Origin: an uncultured Chloroflexia bacterium
GTDB lineage: Bacteria > Chloroflexota > Limnocylindria > Limnocylindrales > CSP1-4
Assembly (NCBI GenBank): GCA_963712745.1
Contig: CAVQJC010000005.1
Location: forward strand, 256,001-320,000
Length of the DNA: 64,000 nucleotides
Direction: 5' to 3'
The notes under the pieces are model-generated. The model saw nothing but the letters and a program-made list of their open reading frames with translations, was not told the DNA's origin and ran no database searches. Below are positions 49,420 through 58,445 of this stretch, in pieces; position 1 is the stretch's first letter, and each line of letters starts with the position of its first letter. Made by a program: the position numbers and the translations under genes.

Positions 49420-51843
49420 CTAGTCGAGCGGCAGGTCGAGTTGCCAGATCTCCATCTCGACGTTGGTCTGCAGGCGCGTGGACTGTGCCTCATCGCCCAT
49501 GCTGACGGTGTAGGCCGAGTCGGTCATGCCCGAGCTTCGGGCGTGAGGGTTGACCCTTGTGAGGTCCACGTCCTGGGTCGCCGAGGCTTCGGACGTCCAT
49601 GCGTCGAGGTGCGCGTCCATCAGGTCCGGCAGGGCCTCGAGGGTCATCGGCTGGGGCTCGGCGTCCATGCGCGTGTCCGACAGGAGCCTGATCCTCGAGT
49701 CGTCGATGATCTCGCCCAGCGTGACCGTCGTGGTTCCCTGAGCGACGAAGCCCAGACCACCGGGTGTCACCGTGGACACCTCCCACTGGGCACCTGCGCC
49801 AACCGGGTCGATCGGCAGTGGGCTGACGAAGTCCTTGCTCATAGCGTCGAACTGACCTGCCGTCAGCAAGCCGCCGAGGGCGTCCGCCGGCGATGACGTC
49901 TCAGCGGAGAGGACCCGACCCCGATCGTCGATCAGCAGCATCTGCCTGGTGCCTACGAACGACGACAGCTGTGACTCCATCTCTTCGAGCTGGTTCGCCG
50001 AGAGCTGCGCCGACCCTTTCGGCACGCTGATGTCGGTATAGAGCAACGCGACCTCCCAGGTGCCAGCGCCGACGGCGGCAGACACCGTGGACGTTACGGC
50101 GAACCGGATGGCCGGAGCCGCCACCCAGGGGGTCCACACCCCGTCAACGAGCGCACGGGTCCCCTGCCGCAGCTCCATGGCAACGTCCTCGACCAGCCCT
50201 TCTGTCCAGGCGTATCGCAGCTGGCGCCTCGGCTCGACACCGGGATCGAGCACCGTGACCTCTGTCACGCCAGCGTCTCCCCGACTCGGCGGTTCGTCGG
50301 CCGGCGCCGGGGAAGCTGGGCCGTCGCCCGGCGACGAAACGGCGACCTCGATCTCCTCGATAGGCGGTAGGGACAGCCAATCCTCGTGGCTCAGATCGTC
50401 GGGCATGCCGACCTGCGCGGAGCGGGTCTGCATCGCGAACGAGGAAGTAGCTCCGTCCTGCACGGCCGTGAAGTCCACCCTCACGCCATCGGTCGTGGAG
50501 GTCGCCTGGGCGAGTCGGGCGATGTCGATGCGGGTCCGGCCGCTGCCCTCGCCGCTCATCGCCATCGAGGTTTCGGCATCGGGCAGCCACTCTGGGGAAG
50601 TGGTCGGCTGCATCGGCGCCACGAACGCCGCCTCGGTGAGGATCCTATGCACGTTGCTGCCCTCGGTCCCGATGAGCGTCTTGGTGTAGGTCGCGATGCC
50701 GGCGGGAGCTTCGCCCGTATCGGTGACGACCTCCTGCCACACGCCGCCCTCGCCGATCGGCGCCGTTGGCAGCCTGGGAGCGAGATGCCTGATATTCCCC
50801 TTGACCAGGTCCCTGACACGATGGAGTCCGGACGTGTCCTCGACGGGGTCGATAACAAGCGATCCGAGCAAGTACCCCTGGTCGTCGAGCCGCTCTACTA
50901 GCCGCAGGCCGACGAGGGTCTGGATGTCTTCGTGAAGGCGTCGCTCGTCGTCGTCGATCGCCTTCGGTGAGATCAGCTCAGCGCCCTCCACCACGGTCTC
51001 GATCAGGGCCGTGCCATTCGCGTCGATCTCCACCACGGTGATCGACAGGTACACACGCAGAGGGATGGCACGCTCGGAAGGAACGATAAGGTCTTCCATG
51101 CGCATGGCCGCCGCCTCCCACATGTCGACCACCATCGAGTCGGTCTGTCCCGTGGTCCAGCGGTATCGGAGCTCTCGCCGCGGGGCCAGACCTGGGTCGA
51201 TGACGTGCGCCGTCACCCTGTAAGTCGGTACCTCCAGGTTGGCCGGTGCACCGCTCAACTCGAACGTGTCGGCGATGGAATGCCAGGAGTCTTCTGGCAG
51301 CTGGTTTCCGTAGCAGGTCAGCCAGAAGATCCCATCCGGCGTGTCCAGATCGAACCCTGAGCTGAAGCCGGGGCCGCCGTCCTCGTCATGGCGCCAATCC
51401 GTTCGTATCGCGTCGAGCCCAGCGACAGCTTCGCGTACCACCGCGAGACGCTCACGTCTCGGACCTCCCGTCGACCCGATCTGCTCCGCTTCAATCCGAT
51501 CCAAGTCGATGTTCCAAGACTCTGGGTACCTACCCACGCTGCAGCTCTGGCCCATCAGGTCGTACGCGATGAGCAGGGCTGGGCTCGAGTCTGGGTCGGC
51601 GGCGGGGTCCAGGTCGCGGATCTCGGTGGTCCACGAAGCCGGGAACGACAGTGCGATGCCAGCCTCGGCAACTTCTACCCGGGTGCTGTCCTCGGACTGG
51701 TCGGTCCCTTCCGCCCCTTTGGCTCCGGAACCACCGATGGCCAGGCACCCGACTGCCACCGCGATAGCGAACGTGCGACGTAGCACCCCCTGCCCTCCTA
51801 GCAGCACTGGCCCAAACATCCGGTTGGAGGGGGCAGTGGTCAA
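49420..51843 (-). CDS. Exported 807-aa protein: PsbP-like domain plus two DUF6263-like repeats
   Basis: Signal peptide; GIALSFPASW...IADTFEL; repeats IDPGLAPRRELRYRW / LDPGVEPRRQLRYAW and LPTAPIGEGGVW / LPIDPVGAGAQW. Domain names are from recall. Confidence 0.65.
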   Translation of the reverse strand: MTTAPSNRMFGPVLLGGQGVLRRTFAIAVAVGCLAIGGSGAKGAEGTDQSEDSTRVEVAEAGIALSFPASWTTEIRDLDPAADPDSSPALLIAYDLMGQSCSVGRYPESWNIDLDRIEAEQIGSTGGPRRERLAVVREAVAGLDAIRTDWRHDEDGGPGFSSGFDLDTPDGIFWLTCYGNQLPEDSWHSIADTFELSGAPANLEVPTYRVTAHVIDPGLAPRRELRYRWTTGQTDSMVVDMWEAAAMRMEDLIVPSERAIPLRVYLSITVVEIDANGTALIETVVEGAELISPKAIDDDERRLHEDIQTLVGLRLVERLDDQGYLLGSLVIDPVEDTSGLHRVRDLVKGNIRHLAPRLPTAPIGEGGVWQEVVTDTGEAPAGIATYTKTLIGTEGSNVHRILTEAAFVAPMQPTTSPEWLPDAETSMAMSGEGSGRTRIDIARLAQATSTTDGVRVDFTAVQDGATSSFAMQTRSAQVGMPDDLSHEDWLSLPPIEEIEVAVSSPGDGPASPAPADEPPSRGDAGVTEVTVLDPGVEPRRQLRYAWTEGLVEDVAMELRQGTRALVDGVWTPWVAAPAIRFAVTSTVSAAVGAGTWEVALLYTDISVPKGSAQLSANQLEEMESQLSSFVGTRQMLLIDDRGRVLSAETSSPADALGGLLTAGQFDAMSKDFVSPLPIDPVGAGAQWEVSTVTPGGLGFVAQGTTTVTLGEIIDDSRIRLLSDTRMDAEPQPMTLEALPDLMDAHLDAWTSEASATQDVDLTRVNPHARSSGMTDSAYTVSMGDEAQSTRLQTNVEMEIWQLDLPLD

Positions 51844-52049
51844 GGGCCGGTCGGCACACGTACTGGGGCCGGCTAGCGACGCTGGTCGGACTCCTGGACC
51901 GAACGAGGGCCTTCCTGGATTCTTCTAGAGCCCCAAGTCCGACAGGCCCGGAACGTCATCGGGCCGGCGACCAGTTGGCCACCGATAGCTCGTCGGCGAG
52001 TTGGCGCAGCGCCGGCTCAGCGTGGCCTCCACAAGTGCGTCGGGTCCGG

Positions 52050-53072
52050 CTACCGCCAGCCAAGCTCCGGGGCCACGTATCTGAGGATGCTCTCGATGGC
52101 GTGGGTGTTGTACTCGACGCCGAGCTGGTTCGGGACCGTCAGGAGGAGAGTGTCAGCCGCCTGGATCGCTGTGTCTCCGGCGAGCTCCTTGGCGAGGACG
52201 TCGGGCTCTGCGGCATACGAACGCCCGAAGATCGCCTTGGTCTGCGCGTCGATGTAGCCGACCTGATCCGACCCTTGGTTGCTCCGCCCGAAATAGACCC
52301 GATCGCGGTCGTCGATGAGCGCGAAGATGCTCCGACTGACCGACACCCGTGGCTCGCGCTCATGCCCGGCCGCGGCCCACGCCTCGTGGAACAGCCGGAT
52401 CTGCTCGGCCTGCAACTCGTGGAACGGCACACCCGCGTCTTCGGTCATCAGCGTCGACGACATCAGGTTCAAGCCCTGCTGGGCCGTCCATTCCGCGGTC
52501 GCGCGCGATCCAGCGCCCCACCAAATCCGGTCGCGGAGCCCGGGCGAGTGTGGCTCGGGGCGGAGCAATCCCGGCGGGTTCGGGAACATCGGGGACGGGT
52601 TCGGCTCGGCGAACCCGACGCCGGAGAGGGCCTCGAGGAAGACCTCGGTGTGCTGGCGGGCCATGTCAGCGTCGGTCCCGCCTTCGGTCGGCACGTAGCC
52701 GAAATGTCGGAAACCATCGATGACCTGCTCGGGTGATCCGCGGCTGATCCCGAGCTGTAGGCGACCTCCCGCGATGAGGTCGGCGGCACCGGAATCTTCG
52801 ACCATGTAGAGCGGGTTCTCGTAGCGCATGTCGATGACGGCCGTCCCGATCTCGATGCGCTTCGTTCGGGCGCCGATCGCCGCCAGCAGCGGAAAGGGCG
52901 ACGCGAGTTGCTGCGCGAAGTGGTGGACGCGGAAATACGCGCCGTCCGCACCGAGGCCCTCGACCGCCTCGGCGAGCTCGATCGACTGGATCAGCGCGTC
53001 CGACGCCGAACGCACCTTCGAGTGGGGCGCTGCCGACCAGTGCCCGAACGAGAGGAACCCCAGCTTCTTCAT
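52050..53072 (-). CDS. LLM-class flavin-dependent oxidoreductase
   Basis: GFLSFGHW, YFRVHHF, IEIGTAVIDMRYENP and GISRGSPE. Confidence 0.92.
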   Translation of the reverse strand: MKKLGFLSFGHWSAAPHSKVRSASDALIQSIELAEAVEGLGADGAYFRVHHFAQQLASPFPLLAAIGARTKRIEIGTAVIDMRYENPLYMVEDSGAADLIAGGRLQLGISRGSPEQVIDGFRHFGYVPTEGGTDADMARQHTEVFLEALSGVGFAEPNPSPMFPNPPGLLRPEPHSPGLRDRIWWGAGSRATAEWTAQQGLNLMSSTLMTEDAGVPFHELQAEQIRLFHEAWAAAGHEREPRVSVSRSIFALIDDRDRVYFGRSNQGSDQVGYIDAQTKAIFGRSYAAEPDVLAKELAGDTAIQAADTLLLTVPNQLGVEYNTHAIESILRYVAPELGWR

Positions 53073-53144
53073 CCAGGGATTCTATGGGTGACGGCCGTGA
53101 CCCGCGCCGGGCTGCTGTCTCGCCGGTCAGCGTTGAGTCGCTGG

Positions 53145-53398
53145 CAGTTGGGACACGGATGTGGCGGTCCGAACCTGGACCGGAAGTGATCCGGATGGGG
53201 ATCGTCTCCTGGCGATTTGCGCGATCGACGTATCAGGCACAGCCGGCTGCGGGACCTGCGTCGCAAAGCTCGAGCCGGCAAGATGACGCCATTTCGACGC
53301 ATCGAGTGCCAGCAACGGGCACGCCACGACAAGCAGGTGACTACCAACCACTACATCTGCTACTCACCGGCCATTGCTTATGGCCAAGCCATCCCCGG
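53145..53398 (+). pseudogene. Eroded C-terminal remnant of a tyrosine integrase
   Basis: Across frames: WDTD...TG, VSWRFAR, IRHSRLRDLRR (cf. RLHDLRH), QQ.GHA, KQVTTNHYI (cf. LGH...T..Y); sits directly before the arm repeats and att. Confidence 0.55.
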
Positions 53399-53399
53399 T

Positions 53400-53419
53400 G
53401 ACCCCTGTGCTGACCCCTG
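53400..53419 (+). promoter_or_regulatory. Putative integrase arm-type site pair
   Basis: GACCCCTgtgctGACCCCTg, ~150 bp before the att core. Confidence 0.6.
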
Positions 53420-53557
53420 CGAGAGCGAGCCGCAAGGGCGCGACAGGGCCGTCGTGTGGGATGCCGAGGAGACACGAGCGCCAAGCTCGGCCAGGCACGG
53501 GCGCGTGTGCGGGGATGTGCCGCGCTGGGGCGCCCAGATGGGTGCCTGGCGCATCGG

Positions 53558-53624
53558 TCCTCGCGATTCGCAAACAGCAGGTCCTCGGTTCAAATCCGAG
53601 TGTCGGCTCCACTCCCCACGCGTG
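53558..53624 (+). repeat. att site: 3' half of tRNA-Thr with one mismatch
   Basis: tcctcgcga + ttcgCaaacagcaggtcctcggttcaaatccgagtgtcggctcca + ctccccacgcgtg; the last 13 bp equal 39941-39953. Confidence 0.95.
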
Positions 53625-53823
53625 TACCGGCGTGCTCGGGCCGACGTTTGGCGTCTACTCGGGGACTGTCAAGCCTGAACGGCGTCCGCCAGCTGAGCAC
53701 CAGACTGACCGGAGCAGGGTCGATCACGATGCCGCCTCGCAGCCCGCGGCGTGGCATCACGAGGCTGGCTAGCCCGCGACCGCGGGCGTACGATCGATAC
53801 CGTGACGGAGGGGAGGTGCACGG

Positions 53824-54010
53824 ATGTCCGAGGGGAACGATCCAGAGGACGCGATCGGGCAGGTCACCCACTACTTCAGCCACCTATCGGTGGCGGCGAT
53901 CTCACTGGAGGCGCCACTTGCGGCCCTCTAGCCCATCCACATCCGCGGTCACACGACCGATGTGGTCCAGGAGGTCGAGCACGCTGCGGTCGATCGCGCC
54001 GGGCCGGGTT
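53824..54010 (+). pseudogene. Small translation-factor beta-barrel-like protein, disrupted
   Basis: Strong RBS; MSEGNDPEDAIGQVTHYFSHLSVAAISLEAPLAAL*PIHIRGHTTDVVQEVEHAAVDRAGPG with TAG at 53929 and an apparent short deletion. Confidence 0.65.
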
Positions 54011-54146
54011 CCATACTGGTCGACGTCACGGATTGATACCCTCCATCGCACGTCGACAGGTTGGTCGAGCCACGTCGACCTGGGTGCTGAGCTCCCGTAT
54101 GGTGAGGGCTCCGGTAACCGCAACAGCCCGGGACGCTGAAGCAGAG

Positions 54147-54944
54147 ATGACCATCGAGCTACGACACCTGAACGAGGTCAGGCGCGCCGCGGAGCAGGAG
54201 GTGCCCGTGGTCACGTTCACCATGCAGCGGCCCGAGGCCAGGCTGGCGGTAGCCGGCGAGGTCAGCTTCCAGGCGGTCCTCGAGCGCTTCAGCGGTGGTC
54301 GCGATGAGGACGGAGCGGTATTCCGACACCACGCTGCCGTGCTCATACCGGAGCCCTACAACCGCTTCGACCACGAGGCCATCAGTGTCCGCATCTGTGA
54401 CGAGCTGGGAGCGACCGACCAGATCGGCTACTTGTCGCACGACGACGCCGTCGCCATCGCGCCGATACTGGATCTCGTGAGTCCTGCGATCCCGATGTCT
54501 CTCGTCACGCTCGAGGGTGGCTGGGACCGGGGGCTTGGCGACCGGGCGTACCTCAGCGCAGTGCTCAACATCGGCTCTCCCGCGGAGATGGCGGCTGAGT
54601 GGTACTACCATCGGCGCCCGCCGCGGATTGAGCACCGGTGGTCCGGCATGACTGTCGCGTTCGTCGGCGACAGCCTGCACTCCATCGCAGGCATGCGACT
54701 GGACCGGGGGGCGCAGGCCTTCCTGGCCACTCAAGCCGGTTGCAGCGTCGAGCGGTATGTGGAACCGACGGTCCAAGTCTGCGTGACTGGGCGAGTCGAG
54801 GCCAGGTCGACTGAACTCCGCTCTGCCCGGCGCAACCGCATCCAGATCGTCCCCGAGGAGCAGTTCTGGCACGAGGTCGACTGCTACCTTCAGGGGGCCG
54901 ACCTCGAAGACACCGACATGCAGCCGCGTCGCGGTCCCGCCTAG
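54147..54944 (+). CDS. HIRAN + BRCT-like domain protein
   Basis: VAGEVSFQ, LIPEPYNRFDHEAISV, QIGYL (HIRAN); GMTVAFVG...AG..V...ARRNRIQIVPEEQFW (BRCT-like). Confidence 0.7.
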   Translation: MTIELRHLNEVRRAAEQEVPVVTFTMQRPEARLAVAGEVSFQAVLERFSGGRDEDGAVFRHHAAVLIPEPYNRFDHEAISVRICDELGATDQIGYLSHDDAVAIAPILDLVSPAIPMSLVTLEGGWDRGLGDRAYLSAVLNIGSPAEMAAEWYYHRRPPRIEHRWSGMTVAFVGDSLHSIAGMRLDRGAQAFLATQAGCSVERYVEPTVQVCVTGRVEARSTELRSARRNRIQIVPEEQFWHEVDCYLQGADLEDTDMQPRRGPA

Positions 54945-55051
54945 ACTGGGGTCGTCAGGCAAAGCGCCCTCGATCGCTGCGGATGGACATGCTGCCGATA
55001 GCGTTCGGACGGAGCAGTCGCATCTGCCCGCAGGCGAGAAACGGAGAAGCG

Positions 55052-56041
55052 ATGCGTTGGGACCGCACCCTCTGGCTCATGTCGATGATGGCGCTGGTCG
55101 CGACCATCTCCATGTCGGGAACGGTGCTCGCCCGAGATCCGGAGGAGCTTGAGATCGGCTTCGTGCCGTCGGTCGAGGTAGGCGCGCTGGCGGAGGATAT
55201 CCAGCCGCTCGCTGACTACCTGACCATCGCGCTCGACATGCCAGTGAGAGGCCGGGTGACGAGCTCATACCCCGCACTCGTCACGGCCTTGCAGATCGGG
55301 CAGACCCACATCGGCGCGCTGCCGCCGCTGGGCATGGTCCAGGCGATCGACATGGCCGGCGCGGAAATCCTCCTCCAGTCAGTGCGTTTCGGTAGCCCCA
55401 CCTACCACACGCAGTTCTTCACCAATGCCCCTGACAAGTACTGTGCCGACGAACCGGTCGTCAACGAGCGCAGAGAGGCGGGGGAGATGCTGCCCTTCCG
55501 GAACTGCAACGGGACCGATCGAGCGTTCGACGAGACACGCGTCGGGCCGATCGGACTCGATGCGCTACAGAAGGTAGATCGCGGCACGACCGTCGCGTTC
55601 ACGCGCGCCGGGTCCTCGTCGGGGTACATCTTTCCGGCTACCGTCTTCGCAAACCAGGGTATCGACCCCAGGACAGATCTGTACGCCATCTTCACCGACG
55701 AGCACGACCGCTCCGTCATCGCCGTGTGCACGGGTGAGGCCGAGGTGGGCGTCAGCTACGACGACGCCCGCCCCGACACGACCACCGACTGTGACGTCTC
55801 GCGGACCGTCGTCGTCTTCGCTTATGGGCCGGAGATCCCCAACGATGGCATCGCGGTCTCTGGCGACCTGTCCGACAGCCTGAGGGACCGTGTCAAACAA
55901 GCTCTGCTCGACTACGTGGCAACGGAGGAGGGAGCCGCAGTCCTGGACACCATCTACGACATCAATGCCTTCGCGGATCCGGACATCGAGTCCCTGCAGC
56001 TCATCCGCGACGCGGTGGAGAAGCTTGGCTACGGACAGTAG
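55052..56041 (+). CDS. PhnD-like phosphate/phosphite/phosphonate binding protein, orphan
   Basis: IGFVPS, SYPALVTAL, SSSGYIFP, HDRSVIAV and EIPNDG. Confidence 0.85.
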   Translation: MRWDRTLWLMSMMALVATISMSGTVLARDPEELEIGFVPSVEVGALAEDIQPLADYLTIALDMPVRGRVTSSYPALVTALQIGQTHIGALPPLGMVQAIDMAGAEILLQSVRFGSPTYHTQFFTNAPDKYCADEPVVNERREAGEMLPFRNCNGTDRAFDETRVGPIGLDALQKVDRGTTVAFTRAGSSSGYIFPATVFANQGIDPRTDLYAIFTDEHDRSVIAVCTGEAEVGVSYDDARPDTTTDCDVSRTVVVFAYGPEIPNDGIAVSGDLSDSLRDRVKQALLDYVATEEGAAVLDTIYDINAFADPDIESLQLIRDAVEKLGYGQ

Positions 56042-56105
56042 CGCCAGCGAGCCGCGCGTGAGCTTCGGCGCAACCCTGCTCCTCGGGCGCACCTCGACTC
56101 GCCCG

Positions 56106-58445
56106 TTAACCTGAACCAATGGGGCTGCGAACGACGACCACGAGCGCCATGTCGTCAGATTGGGGCGCAGCGCCCACGAAGGCATCGACCCGCGCGATCA
56201 CGGCTTCCTGCACCTCCGCAGCCGAGCGCCCCAGACTGGCGCGGGCAATCTCCCGCAGCCGCTCCTCGTCGAAGAAGCCCTCCTGGGCGTCCTGCGCCTC
56301 GGTGATTCCGTCGGTGTAGAGCATCAGCACCGCACCGGGAGCGAGGTGGACGCTCCGCTGCTGCCATGTGGCGCTGTCGAGGATGCCCAAAGGCACGCCT
56401 GTCCGCTCGAGCTCATCGATCGTGTCGCCGTCGCGAGCATCGACTAGGTACGCCGGGTTGTGCCCGGCGTTGGCGTAGGTCAGCTCACCTGAGTCCGGGT
56501 CGAGGACGCCGTAGAACACCGTCACGAACAACCCTGCGTGCGTGTCCGCGAGGATCCGGCGGTTGGCCGCGGTGAGAACCGCCGCCGGCTGCGCGCCTGG
56601 CTCGACGGCGAATGTCCGGATGAGGGTGCGGCTGAGGGCCATGAAGAGGGCCGCGCCCATGCCCTTGCCCACGACATCAGCGATGAGGACGCCCAAGCGC
56701 TCCCCGGGGAGCAAGAAGACGTCGTAGAAGTCACCTGATGTCGTCCTCGCCGGCTCGAGCATCGCCGCAAGCTGCCAGCCGGGAACGTCAGGCAGGGTGT
56801 CAGGCAGGAAGTTGGCCTGTATCTCCCCGGCCAGCGCCATCTCTCGATTGACACTCTCATGAGCCAGTTCCTGCGCGTGGACCTTGGCCCCGTGGAGCGC
56901 CGAGGAGATCTGTGCCGCGAGGGACTGGGTGGCCGGCAGGACGCTTTCGGCCATATCCCGGTCGCTTGGGAATGACAGCTGAATCCCGCCGATCGGTTCC
57001 TTCGTTTCGACGTCGAGGATCGGTGCTACGACGACGGCCACAGCCGCTGTCTTGGTGTCCCAGGGCGGCACCTGGCCCGGCGCGACATGCTGGGCCGTGG
57101 GCTGCGTGGCCAGCCACTCCCAGAACGGAGCGTCGGCTCGGGGTGCTATGTCCTGGCTGCGATAGAGGGTTCGATGGGGGAAGATGCGGACCTCGATGCA
57201 GCCGTCCGGGAACATCGCCGGGATGTAGTCGGCGAGCAACCCGGGCAGGGTCGACGCATCCGAGGGTTCGTTGACGATGGCACGCCCGAGCTCCTCGAGC
57301 ACCATCAGCTCTCGCGTGCGGTCGGCGACCTGCCCGGTCATCTGGTTGAAGGAGGTTGCCAGCACGCCGATCTCGTCTCCGGTCGGGGACTCGACCCTCC
57401 TGGAGAGGTCCCCCGCTCCGACGGCTCGGGCCGCCGCGATGAGCTCGTCCACGGGCCGCATGAGGCGGTGGATGCCGATGGCGACGATGACGATGGGCAC
57501 GAGGATGCCCAGAGCGAGCAGAGCCAGCAGGAACTGCTGATAGCCGCGACTGGCGCTGGTCAGCGTCGACCAGGGCGCCTCGGTGACGAGACCCCAGGGT
57601 GTGCCCGGCACCGGCGCGTAGGCGGCCACGACATCCTCGCCGGCCCCGCTGGTGGTGCGAAGCGCGCCGACGCCGGAGGCGAGGACTCGCCGCACGGCGT
57701 CCTCAGCGGAGAGGTCGGTGCCCGTCAACCTGAAATCGCTGTGATAGATGGCTTGGCCCTGCTCGTCCACCAAGTAGACGGACCCACCTTGGCTCAGCCG
57801 GAGGCGGATGATGCGTGCATACAGTGGACTGACAGAGGTGGGGCCGACATCGAACATGCCCACGGTCGTGCCAAGCAGCTCGCCGCCCGAGCCATGGATG
57901 GGCACGCCGAGGGCCACGGTCAGGTCACCTTCGGTTCGATCCCCGATGACATCGGAGAAGACGGGCCGGTCGGAGCGGACCAGCCCAAGGAGGAAGGCGT
58001 TGACCTGCTCACGGGACACTTGCAGTGAGGTCCAGTCCTCGAACGAACCGTCCGTATCCTCGGGATACGAAGCCACTGGCGAACCGAACGTGTCGAGCAC
58101 GACGACGCCCCCGTCGAACAACGAAAGCGCGCCCGAGCTCTGCAACGCGGGTAACCTGGATGACCCGGCGGGCTGTGAGGCGTCCATGGTCCGGCCCACC
58201 TCTTGGAGCGCCTCGATGAACTCGTCCAGCGATGACGAGAGCTGACTGGCCGACCTCTGTGTGAGGTCCTGGTTGCGCTCGGTCACCAGGACGGCCGTGA
58301 CATCCTGATAGGCGAAGTAGTTGGTGGCCGCGACCGACAGGAAGAGCACAGCCGCGGGCACGAAGAACCAGGCCACGATCCTGACTCGGAGCGATCGGCG
58401 CCGCCACCAGTTGGGGGGTCTCGGCGACTCGGCAGGCGACGTCAT
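56106..58445 (-). CDS. Cache-HAMP-SpoIIE (PP2C) sensor phosphatase (RsbU/RsbP-like)
   Basis: Two TM helices flanking Cache, HAMP DEIGVLATSFNQM, SGDFYD, IADVVGKG, YANAGHNP, YTDGITEA and QSDDMAL. Confidence 0.92.
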   Translation of the reverse strand: MTSPAESPRPPNWWRRRSLRVRIVAWFFVPAAVLFLSVAATNYFAYQDVTAVLVTERNQDLTQRSASQLSSSLDEFIEALQEVGRTMDASQPAGSSRLPALQSSGALSLFDGGVVVLDTFGSPVASYPEDTDGSFEDWTSLQVSREQVNAFLLGLVRSDRPVFSDVIGDRTEGDLTVALGVPIHGSGGELLGTTVGMFDVGPTSVSPLYARIIRLRLSQGGSVYLVDEQGQAIYHSDFRLTGTDLSAEDAVRRVLASGVGALRTTSGAGEDVVAAYAPVPGTPWGLVTEAPWSTLTSASRGYQQFLLALLALGILVPIVIVAIGIHRLMRPVDELIAAARAVGAGDLSRRVESPTGDEIGVLATSFNQMTGQVADRTRELMVLEELGRAIVNEPSDASTLPGLLADYIPAMFPDGCIEVRIFPHRTLYRSQDIAPRADAPFWEWLATQPTAQHVAPGQVPPWDTKTAAVAVVVAPILDVETKEPIGGIQLSFPSDRDMAESVLPATQSLAAQISSALHGAKVHAQELAHESVNREMALAGEIQANFLPDTLPDVPGWQLAAMLEPARTTSGDFYDVFLLPGERLGVLIADVVGKGMGAALFMALSRTLIRTFAVEPGAQPAAVLTAANRRILADTHAGLFVTVFYGVLDPDSGELTYANAGHNPAYLVDARDGDTIDELERTGVPLGILDSATWQQRSVHLAPGAVLMLYTDGITEAQDAQEGFFDEERLREIARASLGRSAAEVQEAVIARVDAFVGAAPQSDDMALVVVVRSPIGSG

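Larger units (their letters stand above)
39941..53611. mobile_element. Tandem/decayed genomic islands integrated at tRNA-Thr
   Basis: Repeated tRNA 3' halves, arm-like repeats, an integrase remnant, TA genes, and IS and RM remnants. Confidence 0.8.

Noticed and set aside
53929-53931. Pyrrolysine or readthrough at an in-frame TAG
   Set aside because: Neighbouring residues are diverged and the gene appears to carry a deletion; no pyl genes are seen, so decay is simpler.
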